A DNA stretch of 64,000 nucleotides from Pristiophorus japonicus (Eukaryota), in contig NC_091997.1 in assembly GCF_044704955.1 (NCBI RefSeq), positions 5,952,001 to 6,016,000 of the forward strand, written 5' to 3'. The notes under the pieces were generated by a model. That model was given only the letters and a program-made list of their open reading frames with translations. It made no database searches and was not told the DNA's origin. Shown piece after piece: positions 25,160 through 38,400 of this stretch. The position numbers and the translations under genes were made by a program. How positions within the stretch are numbered: position 1 is the stretch's first letter; each line of letters begins with the position of its first letter.

Positions 25160-25608
25160 GAAAGCAAGAATTTGCATTGATATAGCACCTTCCATGCACT
25201 CAGGATATCTCAAAGTGCTTCACATCCGATTAAATCCTTTTGAAGTGCGGTCATTGTTGCAATGTAGTCACATGCAGCAGCACATGTTACAACGAGCAGA
25301 GTCTCACACAATGTGAGAAATGAGCAGATAATCTGTTTTTGTTGGGTTTGGTTGAGGGGCCAATGTTGGCCAGGAATCTGTGAGAATTCTGCAGCTGTTC
25401 TTTGAATAGTGTCATGGGATCTTTTACTTCCACCCAAGAGGGCAGATGGGGCTTGAGTTTAATGTCCCATCTGAAAGATGGCACCTCCTACAGTGCAGCA
25501 TTCCCTCACTGAAGTGTCAGCCTAAATTATGTGCTGAGTCCGATAGACTGGGGCTTGAACCCAACTCCTTCTGGCTCAGGTTAGAATGCCTCAGCCAAGA
25601 CTGCCACC
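25160..25608 (-). mobile_element. DeuSINE, near full length
   Basis: Reverse complement of 5947-6372 plus additional 5' head sequence. Confidence 0.75.
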
Positions 25609-26025
25609 TAATTTATGTTATAAACTTGTTCGGTATTGGAGAGAACTGGCAGCATGAACATAATTGAGTTTACTGATAACATGTAGCTATGTTTTAAGTT
25701 CTAGTGAATTATAATCTTAAATGAACAACAATGATGGCCCTACAATTAATGTGGTTGTAACACTCCCAGCTAGGCTTCCCAACCCTCCTGGAATGTCCAA
25801 GAGTTTCCAGGAATCGGGCATTACTATCCCTAATGCTGCTTCCATTGCGACATGTTATTAGTAAACCCAATTATATTCATGCTGTCAGTTCTATCCCATG
25901 CGAGGTACTGTGAGGTGCTGTGAATAGTTACTGACGGATACTCTGGAGTTGGGAGTCAGCACGAGGTTAAATCGTGTTAATTTTAATCAGAATCATTTCC
26001 CAGCCTCTTCCACAGAGCTTGTCAC

Positions 26026-28200
26026 TGAGAGAGCAGCAGCCAATAAAGAGCTGCGTAAAACCTGGAGACTTCACTGAAGGTAAATAGTGAAAGATTGATT
26101 ACACTGGAAGGCAATGGGGAACGAGGGAATGGAACCCAAACATTCTCACTGAAAGAAACAAGGGGGAAGGGAGGAGGGAGCATCTTGAACTGTGGGTTAT
26201 TGGACCATGGGATCCTTCACCACATGTGGCTATTGAGGTAGTGACTAAAACTTCATTTCAAAGTGAATGGGATGGATATTGGATCATGTGATCAGAGGTC
26301 ACATGATCTGCCATCACATGGGCAGCTGTCATGTGATCAAATCTCCAGGAATGCCTCCAAGGAGAGTTGGCAACCTCACTCCTAACATCATAAGTTGGTA
26401 AATGTTTCATTGACTGTATCCATACATACACCTGTCTCCTATGGACTGCAACATGAATCTTTATTCCCTGCTGTGTTTGGCTAGTGTAACAATTAAATAT
26501 ATTCCAGGGTTGACTTAAGTTCATATTGAGAGTTTACAGATTGAACACCATTTAATACTTTACTACTCAATCTCCTGTGGCATTGCTCATGTGTACACTG
26601 GGAGCTGTGATACGGTTACTGATGTTTCCAGTTGTCCTGCAGCAGCCTAAACACGAGCAGTTTGTCTGTTGCTGTAACAGTAAGTTTACTGAAGCAATCT
26701 CACCGCTGACTGACACTGCGAGAATTATTACACAGGGTCGATCAGGAGAGGGCACAGATTTAGGGAAATTGGCAAAAGAACAAGAGGCAACGTGAGGAAA
26801 AACCTTTTTAACTCGACGCGTGGTTAGGATTTGGGTCGCACTGCCTGATAGGCTGATGGAGAGAGATTCAGTCGTAGCCTTCAAAAGGGAATGAGATAAA
26901 TATTTGAAGGAGGTAAAATTGCAGGGATATGGGGAAGAGCAGGAATGGGACTAACTGGATTACTCTTCAAAAGAGACAGCACAGACTCGATGGGCCAAAT
27001 GTCCTCCTGTGCTGTACTATTCTATGATTCTATTACCTTACTGATACTGAAAGATAGAGGCCTCAAGGGCAAAGGATGAGTAACACTATTTAACTAAAAC
27101 TTTAAGAAACATGCTTACACAGCAAGTAACTTTGCTTTTCCTCCCAGTTATTTATATTGAGCAGATAACACCAATGAAAGGGTTACGACCATCCACTAAA
27201 TGAATGGTGGGCCATCTGGTGCCTGTGTTGGAAGACGGGCTGTTATTGCTGGTCATTGTGAGGCTGCAAGGAATGTCTCTGGGCACAGAGATGTACTCGG
27301 CTACTGGTGCAGTGGGTCGGTGCAGCGTTTTCATACGTTTTACCGGACTGAGTTCAGTCTGAGGCAGATCTTTACATATAAGAACATGAGAAATAGGGGC
27401 AAGATTAGGCCAACTGGCCCCTTGAGCCTGCTCTGCCATTTAATGAGATCATGGCTGATCTGATCATGGACACAGCTCCACTTCCCTGCCCGCTCCCCAT
27501 AACCCTTTATTTCCTTATCGCTCAAAAATCTGTCTATCTCCTCCTCAACCTATCTTCAAAAGTCAACCTCCTCATCTCCGGAATCAACTTACTGAACCCT
27601 CTCTGAACAGCCTCCAATGCAAGTATATCCTTCCTTAAATCAGGAGACCAAAACTGTACGCAGTACTCCAGGTGTGGCCTCACCAATACCCTGTATAGTT
27701 GTAGCAGGACTTCTCTGCTTTTATACTCTATCCCCCTTGCAATAAAGACCAACATTCCATTTGCTTTCCTGATTAGTTGCTGTACCTGCATACTAACTTT
27801 TTGAATTCTTTTTCTGCTTTTAAGTTAACCCAAATTCAAATAAGTGCCTTTATTGAGAGTGAAAGGAAGTATGTGGCTAGTTTTTCAATTGTGTAATATC
27901 ATTATTTAACAAACTAACAAGGTGAATCATGGACATCACTGTTCCAAAATGTTTATTGACTCAATACACATATATAAACATAACACAATCTAATGTGAAT
28001 ATTGGCACAGTGAACAATTTCAGATATACAACATGAAAACAAGAATTAATGTTTATTGTTATGACTTCATATCATTGTCTTAACTTATTTCTGCATATAA
28101 ACTTTCTTATATCTTACAAAACGTCATTGTAAATGAGTCTTAAATATCCTTTTTTGCTTCCGCCTCTTTCTTGTTCCTCTCATCCTTTCCACCGTCCTGT
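26026..28200 (-). repeat. Older inverted paralogue of ~1190-3864 (A-type tail and 3' flank)
   Basis: Reverse-complement match, visibly more diverged than the direct duplication; lacks the solo LTR. Confidence 0.88.
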
Positions 28201-28733
28201 TTCTGTGCCTCTTTGCCTGGGTTTAGCCGAGGAGCGGTTGTTGTATCAGAGGTGATGTTGATGGGGACGGTTCGTCCATTCACAGCTGGCAGTGCCAGGC
28301 GTGGGGCTTGAACCTTTAACCGACCGTCCTGTGACAAACAGCAGTTAAGAGCTTGAGCATCGACATCTTCTGGCAGCTGAAATTCTCTCCTGAACTCTTC
28401 ATATTTGTAGCTGTACACCTTCAGTTCTTCTGGGGAGAACCGCTGGACATCCAGGGACAGAGAAAAGCCATCTCCATCCTTGCCCTCTGATTGGCTTTTA
28501 CCGTCTTCATTGTCATCAGGTCTGTTGTCCTGATATTTTGGTCTTCCCTCCCAGAATTCTTTGGCCAGCTCCCCAAGAACTCGGTTCATGAAGTTCATGA
28601 TCTTTCTCACTTCTTCCTCCTGTTCCCACCTGTTGCATTGAAACGGCTCAAAGACTGTGTGTGGGACAGGCCACAATGTGCACACAGGCTGCTGGCACAG
28701 ACGTGAAGGGTGGACAGCCCGACAGCTCAGCAT
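28140..28733 (-). CDS. HSP30-like copy C (197 aa): chimeric, with an in-frame 23-aa deletion in the ACD; possibly a pseudogene
   Basis: ATG at 28733; EELKV|YSYKY junction at 28415/28416; TATA 28828-28834, HSE ~28845-28867; AATAAA on the minus strand at 27952-27957. Confidence 0.8.
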   Translation of the reverse strand: MLSCRAVHPSRLCQQPVCTLWPVPHTVFEPFQCNRWEQEEEVRKIMNFMNRVLGELAKEFWEGRPKYQDNRPDDNEDGKSQSEGKDGDGFSLSLDVQRFSPEELKVYSYKYEEFRREFQLPEDVDAQALNCCLSQDGRLKVQAPRLALPAVNGRTVPINITSDTTTAPRLNPGKEAQKQDGGKDERNKKEAEAKKDI

Positions 28734-29110
28734 TGTCTCTGCCTCTTCTATCACTTCTCACAAACACGACTGATGTGAACTCCCGGTCTTCAGTCTCTGA
28801 TCTGCTACAGCACTCAGAACACCCGCCTTATATATTGCACTCCCAGAACTCCAGACACTTCCAGAATTAGCTCAACATTGCTGGGGTTATGACACGTGAG
28901 CAGAAAATAACCGAGGTCTCATCTCAGCCTTGCTTTAAACAAGAATGACTGGGATTCAGTGACACCCACTGGTGCAATTCCAGAGACTTGTGGAATGTAC
29001 TCACCCAGTGACACCACAGGTGGGAGGGGCAAATGATTGACAGTCAAGTAGAAAGATAAGATGGTCTGATAAAGTGGGGTTTGTGAAGAAGCAGAAGTGT
29101 TTAACTTAAC

Positions 29111-32100
29111 TAATATGTCCTTACTACACAGTATAAATGCACACGAGGCCCATACTTGAGAGAAGGTCACTCTGTGACCAGTTACCTTTATTAGGAAGAC
29201 CTCAAGAGGCAGATGGTGGGTGGAGCTTCTCCTTTTATATCTGTAAGTCCAGGTTAGGAGTGTCTCCCACAAGTTCGCCCCCCTGTGGTCAGTGTTCTCA
29301 AGGTATACAACTTAGGTCAGCTTATACATGGGTTACAATGACAGTTGAATACATGACATCACCTTCCCCCCAAAGCCTTATTGGGATCACAGGTTGAGTC
29401 TCTCTGGTGGTTTACGCTCCCTTGTAGAGCGCCTGAGTTGGGGCTCCGGTTGTTTGGCGCTGGCCTGAGTGTCTGCTGTTTGCGGTGCCTCAGGCCTGTC
29501 CGGACTGCCCACAATGACTGGGCTCTCCTCCACTTGGTTCCGTTGTTCGGTCACCTGTGGTGGTGTGAACTCTACATCGTGTTCTTCCTCTGCTTCTTCT
29601 ATGGGGCTGCTGATACCTCCTTTTAGTTTGATCCACGTGTTTGCGGCAGATTTGTCCATTGGTAAGTTTAACTACCAAAATCCTATTCCCCTCTTTGGCA
29701 ATCACAGTGCCTGCGAGCCATTTGGGCCCTGCAGTGTAATTAAGGACAAAAACAGGGTCATTGACATCAATACATCGTGCCCTCGCATTCCTGTCATGGT
29801 AGTCACATTGTGACTGACGCCTGCTCTCAACAATTTCTTTCATGGTGGGGTGTATAAGGGATAACCTGGTTTTGAGCATCCTTTTCATTAGCAGCTCTAC
29901 AGGTGGAACCCCTGTGAGCGAGTGTGGTCGGGATCTATAGGCCAACTGGAGGCGTGATAAGCGGCTTTGTAGGGAACTCCCTTGGATTCTGAGCATCCCC
30001 TGTTTGATTATCTGCACTGCTCGTTCTGCCTAGCCGTTTGAGGCCGACTTGAACAGTGCCGTTCTGACATGGTTGATACCATTGCCTGCCATGAAGTCCT
30101 GGAATTCAGTGCTTGTGAAGCATGGGCCATTGTCGCTGACCAAGACATCTGGTAGACCGTGGGTGGCGAACATTGCTCGTAGACTTTCTACCGTGGCAGA
30201 GGATGTGCTTGAATTTAAAATGTCACACTCAATCCATTTAGAGGAGGTGTCCACTACAATCAAAAACATTTTTCCCATGAAAGGACCTGCGTAGTCCACA
30301 TGGATGCGTGACCATGGCTTGGCGGGCCAGGACCAGAGGCTAAGGGGGGCTTCCCTGGGCGCATTGCCCAGCTGGGCACACGTGTTGCATCTGCGAACAC
30401 AAAGTTCCAGGTCTGCATCTATCCCTGGCCACCAAACGTGTGACCTGGCAATTGCCTTCATCATGACAATGCCCGGGTGCTCATTGTGGAGTTCTCTGAT
30501 AAACACCTCTCTGCCCTTCTGGGGCATGACTACTCGGTTTCCCTACAGTAGGCAATCGGCCTGAATCGAGAGTTCATCCTTGCGCCTATGAAACGGTTTA
30601 AACTCCTCAGGGCATGCCCCATACGTGGCTGCCCAGTCCCCATTCAGGACACATTTCTTAACTAAAGACAGTAGCGGGTCTTTATTTGTCCAGACTTTAA
30701 TCTGACGGGCTGTCACAGGTGAGCCTTCGCTTTCGAAAGCTTCAACAGCCATGACCATTTCAGCATCATGCTCAGCTGCCCCCTCAGTGGTGGCTAGTGG
30801 GAGCCTGCTGAGTGCATCGGCACAGTTTTCAGTGCCTGGTCTGTGCCGAATTGTGTAGTCATAGACGGCTCACGTAAGTGCTCACCTCTGTATGTGGGCC
30901 GATGCATTCGCATTTATGGCCTGGTTGTCGGCCAAAAGGGACATTAGGGGTTTGTGATCTGTTTCCAGCTCAAATTTCCTGCCAAACAGGTACTGGTGCA
31001 TTTTTTTTACTGCACATACACATGCTAGCACTTTCTTTTCTACCATCCTGTATCCCCTTTCTGCCTGGGACAGACTCCTGGAGCATAAGCTACCGGCTGT
31101 AACTGACCTTTGACATTCACATGCTGCAACACACACCCGACCCCATAGGACGACGCATCGCACGTTAAAACTAGTTTCTTACACAGGTCATATAACGTTA
31201 ACAGTTTGTTGCAGCATAACAAATTGCGTGCTCTATCTAAAGCCCTTTCCTGGCTGTCCCCCCAGACCCAATCGCGACCTTTGTGTAGGAGCACGTGTAG
31301 CGGCTCTAACAGCGTGTTCAATTTACGAAGAAAGTTGCCAAAATAGTTCAGAAGCCACAGGAACGAACGCAGCTCCATCGTGTTACGGGGACTGTGTGCT
31401 CTCTGGATCGCTTCCATTTTGGATGCAGTAGATCTGATCCCGCCTGCTGCTACCCTCCTCCCCAGGAATTCTAACTCTGGGGCTAAGAAGACGCACTTCG
31501 CCTTTTTCAGTCGCAGCCCTATCCGGTCCAGTCTGCGTAGCACCTCCTCCAGGTTGTGGAGGTGTTCTTCAGTATCGCGACCCGTGATGAGGATGTCGTC
31601 TTGAAAAACCACCGTCCTTGGAATCGACTTGAGGAGGCTTTCCATATTTTGCTGAAAGATCGCGGCGGCCGAGCGAATCCCGAACGGACATCTGTTGTAC
31701 TCAAACAACCCCTTGTGTGTCGTGATGGTGGTCAGCTTCTTCGACTCACTCGCCAGCTCCTGGGTCATGTAAGCTGAGGTCAGGTCCAATTTTGAAAAAG
31801 TTTGCCACCGGATGGTGTTGCAAAGAGGTCCTCTGCTCTCGGTAGCGGGTACTGGTCTTGGAGTGACACCCGATTGATGGTGGCCTTGTAATCGCCACAT
31901 ATTCTGACCGAGCCATCCGCCTTGAGCACCGGCACAATCGGGCTCGCCCAGTCACTGAATTCAACTGGTGAGATGATGCCTTCCCTCAGCAAGCGGTCCA
32001 ATTTGCATTCTATCTTTTCCCGCATCATGTACGGCACCGTTCTGGCCTTGTGGTGTACTGGCCTGGCGTCCGGGTTTATGTGAATCACTACCTTGGCCCC

Positions 32101-33882
32101 CATGAAAGTGCCGATGCCGGGTTGAAATAATGAGTCAAATTTGTCCAGGACCTGTGAGCATGATACTCGCTCGACAGAAGAAATTGCATTGACATCGCCC
32201 CATTTCCAGTACATGACAGCAAGCCAACTCCTCCCCAGTAGTGCGGGACCATCCCCCGGGACAATACAGAGTGGCAACCTGTTCTCCGAATCTTTGTGGG
32301 TCACAACTACCGTGGCACTGCCTAGCACCGGAATTATCTCCTTTGTATATGTCCGTAGCAGTTCGTCAATCGGCAATAATTTTGGCCTCCTGGCCTTGGA
32401 CACCCACAACCTTTCAAACTGTTTGATATTCATCAGGGATTGGCTGGCCCCTGTGTCTAGCTCCATTAATACTGGGATGCCATTGAGGAGCACTTTCATC
32501 ATTATCGGTGGGGTCCTGGTGTATGAACTGTACACGTGCTCCACATGAACTCGCTGAACTTCAGCTTCCAGCGATTTCCCCCAGTGTCCATTTGGCCTCG
32601 TAGGGCTTACATCGGGCCCGTCCTCCTCGTACATCAACCTGGCTGCAGGCTTCCTGCACATACGCGCCAAGTGACCACTGACGTTGCAGTTTCTGCAGGT
32701 ATATTGCTGACATATTGCTGATATCTGCAAGCTCTGGCTGGGTGTTTGCCTCCACACCTCCAGCATGAACTGGAGGCCCCATTGTTGGAAACAAAAGGTC
32801 CATTACCAGTCGATCGTCTCTTACTGTTTCTGTGACTGTCCTAAAACGCACCATTAACAGGTGTTGATGGCCCCATTACTGACCGCATTGTCCATTGCGA
32901 TGCATGAATCGCCGTTCAGCTAGCCATTGTCTCTGTTGAATTCCCCCTTTGGGTTCGACTGCATGCTGGGGCATGTCCGATTGCCCCTGTCTGCCTCGAG
33001 AACTGTGTGCCGCATTAACAATGTTGACTCCCTGGTCGTTTGCTGTATTTGAGCCAAGATTTTTGTCATGCATCATTCTGATCTCTTCCTCCCCTGAGAT
33101 AGTTGTCTGGGCTATCAGAGCCGCCGCTTCCAAGGTCAAGTCTTTGGTCTCAATCAGTTTCCTGAAAACCCCAGTGTGCCCGATGCCCTCAATAAAAAAG
33201 TCTCGCAGCATCTCCGCTCTGCATGCGCCTGGGAACTTACATAGTCTCGCCAGTCGCCGGAGATCTGCCACAAAGTCTGGAACGCTTTGCCCTTCTTGCC
33301 GCCAGTGCGTGTAAAACCGGTGTCTCGCCATGTGCATGCTGCTCCTCGGTTTAAGGTGTTCTCCGATCAACTTACTGAGCTCTTCGAACGTCTTGTCCGC
33401 GGCTTTTCTGGTGCTCGAAGGTCCTTCATCAGGGAGTACATTCTGGATCCACAAACCGTCAGGAGATGAGCCCTGCGTTTGTCGGTCGAATCCTGTCCCA
33501 ACTATTCCTTCATGACAAAACTTTGCAGTAGTCTCTCAATAAAGTCGTCCCAATCATCACCAACACAGTACCTCTCTTCTGTGCTGCTAGTGGCCATGCT
33601 CGCGTGGTTTAAATCCCAGTTTCTCGTCGCCAATAATATGTCCTTACTATACAGTATAAATGCACACGAGGCCCATATTTGAGAGAAGGTCACTCTGTGA
33701 TCAGTTACCTTTATTACCAAGACCTCAAGAGGCAGACGGTGGGTGGAGCTTCCCCTTTTATGCCGGAAAGTCCAGGTTAGGAGTGTCTCCCACAAGTTCG
33801 CCCCCCTGTGGTCAGTGTTCTCAAGGTATACAACTTAGGTCAGCTTATACCATGGGTTACAATGACAGTTGAATACATGACA
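29111..33882 (-). mobile_element. Full-length decayed Ty3/Gypsy LTR retrotransposon
   Basis: LTRs 33634-33882 and 29111-29358; TSD TTAAC; PBS TGGCGACGAG; PPT 29359-29374; gag (ATG 33597), protease ELDTGA, RT FQDD, RNase H CDAS, integrase HHCC plus DYAG/DNG, in PR-RT-RH-IN order. Confidence 0.96.
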
Positions 33883-34856
33883 TTAACCAATAGCAAATAT
33901 AAGCTGTCCAGGTTGAGAACATTCAGTCAGTTTTGATCTGCTTTTTGTGCCATCATTGTAAAGAAAATAATTTGATGTAATTATGAGCTGCAGTGGACTT
34001 GTGATCAGAAAGTGATATTCCGACCAGTTCGATGTGAAATACATAAATATTGTAATTCTATCCCATACAGAGTCATTAATTCCCTCGGTTTGTGTCTGTA
34101 ATTCACTGCAGTGATGACCCATTATTGTCCAGTTCTACAATCTTGTATCAAAACTCTGTGTTCTTTCCCATGTCAGTGGTCTCCTCTGCATACACTGTCA
34201 CTGAACTGTGACTTTGATATTGTTTACAAACTTTAAAGGGTGTTTTGTACAGTGCAGGAAGTATAGTGTTAATTAGTGGTCACTGTCTGCATGAGGAGAC
34301 TAGCAACACCCCAGTGGTTTCGCCCACAGTGAGTTGGAGGATACATATGTTTATCAGTGAAGTGTGAGGGGGCAGCTGCTGTAGGAAGGGTGATATTTAC
34401 AGGAACTTTGCACGATACACAAGACACTCAAATATATTATAGATGTAGAGATTGTGTAAAGGGTTTGGGGAAGGGCAACAAAGATCCCGGAGCAATAAAC
34501 AATCACTAAATATATACCCCTTTCAAAATGTTTTGAATATTTAAAAATAATAAAAGGGAATTGATGAGGTGGATGTGGAGAATTATGTTGTGCAGAATCA
34601 GAATACACCATTATAACCTAAAGAAATCACCAAACTCAGCTCATTTGTCGATTAATCATTAATTTATGGAACACTGCCACCTAGTGGAAAGAGCAGCAGT
34701 TACAGGATTAAAAAATAAGTTCCTTTCTCATTCCTGTCCTTGTAATAAACTGGGGACAGGGAGGGAGGAAATATTCAACAGACAATAATGGCCCAAAATT
34801 GCTGCCTAAGTAAAGGTGAGGCGAATAGCGCTCACCATTATTTATGTGTAAATGCC

Positions 34857-35412
34857 GTTCTTGAAGATGGTTATGATTACAGCGTCTCTGTGGTCACCCA
34901 GCATGCTCTCCTCCTTCCAAATAAGAAAAATGAGTTCATGAATTTGCGGCAATAGTGCTTCACTGCTCTGCTTTAGTGCTTCGGTGGGGATTCCAACTGC
35001 TCCTGAGGCCTTGTTGTTCTTCAATTGTCGGATGATCCTTTTCAACCTTGTGCCGGGCTGGGGTTGTGCTGAGATGGTGGCGGGTAGCATGCTGCGGGAT
35101 GGAGTCGAGGACACTGGTGTCAAAGGCAGAGTCTCGATTAAGGAGATCTTCGAAGTGCTCCTTCCAGCGGGCCCTGACTCTCTCTCTGCCCTTGATGAGC
35201 AGCTCTCCGTTCTTGGCCCTCAGTGGGGTAGGGCCGTAGGTGGTCTTGACTCCGCTAAAGAATTCACGCACGCCATGTCTGTCGACTAGCTGCTGGATCT
35301 CCTCTTTCGGTCACGAGTTTTCTGTGACTCATCAGTCAACTGAGAACTCATATTAGTGTGGAAGCATGTCATCATCGACTCCGAGGGACTACCTAAGAGT
35401 GAGAGAGAGAGA
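34857..35412 (+). mobile_element. RTE LINE insertion with an inverted 5' segment
   Basis: Minus-strand ORF (RWKEHFEDLLN, KNNKASG.VGIP.E) at 34857-~35325, plus-strand RTE 3' end with (GA)n tail; TSD GTAAATGCC. Confidence 0.8.
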
Positions 35413-35456
35413 GTAAATGCCACAAGAACTTCAGGCGAGGGCAGATGCGTGATTAA

Positions 35457-38400
35457 GGAGCTAGGAGCTAAATTAAAAAGTAGGACCTCAAAAGTAGTAA
35501 TCTCGGGATTGCTACCAGTGCCACGTGCGAGTCAGAGTAGGAATCGCAGGATAGCGCAGATGAATACGTGGCTTGAGCAGTGGTGCAGCAGGGAGGGATT
35601 CAAATTCCTGGGGCATTGGAACCGGTTCTGGGGGAGGTGGGACCAGTACAAACCGGACGGTCTGCACCTGGGCAGGACCGGAACCAATGTCCTAGGGGGA
35701 GTGTTTGCTAGTGATGTTGGGGAGGAGTTAAACTAATATGGCAGGGGGATGGGAACCAATGCAGGAAGACAGAGGGAAACAAAAAGGAGACAAAAGCAAA
35801 AGACAGAAAGGAGATGAGGAAAAGTGGAGGGCAGAGAAACCCAAGTCAAAGAACAAAAAGGGCCACTGTACAGCAAAATTCTAAAAGGACAAAGGGTGTT
35901 AAAAAAACAAGCCTGAAGGCTTTGTGTCTTAATGCAAGGAGTATCCATAATAAGGTGGATGAATTAACTGTGCAAATAGATGTCAACAAATATGATGTGA
36001 TTGGGATTACGGAGACGTGGCTCCAGGATGATCAGGGCTGGGAACTCAACATCCAGGGGTATTCAACATTCAGGAAGGATAGAATAAAAGGAAAAGGAGA
36101 TGGGGTAGCATTGCTGGTTAAAGAGGAGATTAATGCAATAGTTAGGAAGGACATTAGCTTGGATGATGTGGAATCTATATGGGTAGAGCTGCAGAACACC
36201 AAAGGGCAAAAAACGTTAGTGGGAGTTGTGTACAGACCTCCAAACAGTAGTAGTGATGTTGGGGAGGGCATCAAACAGGAAATTAGGGGTACATGCAATA
36301 AGGGTGCAGCAGTTATAATGGGTGACTTTAATATGCACATAGATTGGGCTAACCAAACTGGAAGCAATACGGTGGAGGAGGATTTCCTGGAGTGCATAAG
36401 GGATGGTTTTCTAGACCAATATGTCGAGGAACCAACTAGGGGGGAAGCCATCTTAGACTGGGTGTTGTGTAACGAGAGAGGATTAATTAGCAATCTCGTT
36501 GTGCGAGGCCCCTTGGGGAAGAGTGACCATAATATGGTGGAATTCTACATTAGGATGGAGAATGAAACAGTTAATTCAGAGACCATGGTCCAGAACTTAA
36601 AGAAGGGTAACTTTGAAGGTATGAGGCATGAATTGGCTAAGATAGATTGGCGAATGATACTTAAGGGGTTGACTGTGGATGGGCAATGGCAGACATTTAG
36701 AGACCGCATGGATGAAATACAACAATTGTACATTCCTGTCTGGCGTAAAAATAAAAAAGGGAAGGTGGCTCAACCGTGGCTATCAAGGGAAATCAGGAAT
36801 AGTATTAAAGCCAAGGAAGTGGCATACAAATTGGCCAGAAATAGCAGCGAATCCGGAGACTGGGAGAAATTTAGAACTCAGCAGAGGAGGACAAAGGGTT
36901 TGATTAGGGCAGGGAAAATGGAGTACGAGAAGAAGCTTGCAAGGAACATTAAGACAGATTGCAAAAGTTTCTATAGATATGTAAAAAGAAAAAGGTTAGT
37001 AAAGACAAACGTAGGTCCCCTGCAGTCAGAATCAGGGAAAGTCATAACGGGGAACAAAGAAATGGCAGACCAACTGAACAAGTACTTTGGTTCGGTATTC
37101 ACTAAGGAGGACACTAACAACCTTCCGGATATAAAAGGGGTCAGAGGGTCTAGTAAGGGGGAGGAACTGAGGGAAATCCTTATTAGTCGGGAAATTGTGT
37201 TGGGGAAATTGATGGGATTGAAGGCCGATAAATCCCCAGGGCCTGATGGACTGCATCCCAGAGTATTTAAGGAGGTGGCCTTCGAAATAGCGGATGCATT
37301 GACAATCATTTTCCAACATTCCATTGACTCTGGATCAGTTCCTATCGAGTGGAGGGTAGCCAATGTAATCCCACTTTTTAAAAAAGGAGGGAGAGAGAAA
37401 ACAGGAAATTATAGACCGGTCAGTCTGACATTGGTAGTGGGTAAAATGATGGAATCAATTATTAAGGATGTCATAGCAGTGCATTTGGAAAGAGGTGACA
37501 TGATAGGTCCAAGTCAGCATGGATTTGTGAAAGGGAAATCATGCTTGACAGATCTTCTGGAATTTTTTGAGGATGTTTCCAGTAGAGTGGACAAGAGAGA
37601 ACCAGTTGATGTGGTATATTTGGACTTTCAGAAGGCTTTCGACAAGATCCCACACAAGAGATTAATGTGCAAAGTTAAAGCACATGGGATTGGGGGTAGT
37701 GTGCTGACGTGTATTGAGAACTGGTTGTCAGACAGGAAGCAAAGAGTAGGAGTAAATGGGTACTTTTCAGAATGGCAGGCAGTGACTAGTGGGGTACCGC
37801 AAGGTTCTGTGCTGGGGCCCCAGCTGTTTACATTGTACATTAATGATTTGGACGAGGGGATTAAATGTAGTATCTCCAAATTTGCGGATGACACTAAGTT
37901 GGGTGGCAGTGTGAGCTGTGAGGAGGATACTATGAGGCTGCAGAGCGACTTGGATAGGTTAGGTGAGTGGGCAAATGCATGGCAGATGAAGTATAATGTG
38001 GATAAATGTGAGGTTATTCACTTTGGTGGTAAAAACAGAGAGACAGACTATTATCTGAATGGTGACAGATTAGGAAAAAGGGAGGTGCAATGAGACCTGG
38101 GTGTCATGGTACATCAGTCATTGAAGGTTGGCATGCAGGTACAGCAGGCGGTTAAGAAAGCAAATGGCATGTTGGCCTTCATAGCGAGGGGATTTGAGTA
38201 CAGGGGCAGGAAGGTGTTGCTACAGTTGTACAGGGCCTTGGTGAGGCCACACCTGGAGTATTGTGTACAGTTTTGGTCTCCTAACCTGAGGAAGGACATT
38301 CTTGCTATTGAGGGAGTGCAGCGAAGGTTCACCAGACTGATTCCCGGGATGGCGGGACTGACCTATCAAGAAAGACTGGATCAACTGGGCTTGTATTCAC

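Larger units (their letters stand above)
22990..25580 (-). repeat. Inverted duplication of ~5947-8520 (gene B with flanks)
   Basis: Reverse-complement colinearity across SINE, 3' UTR, CDS, promoter and RTE tail. Confidence 0.92.
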
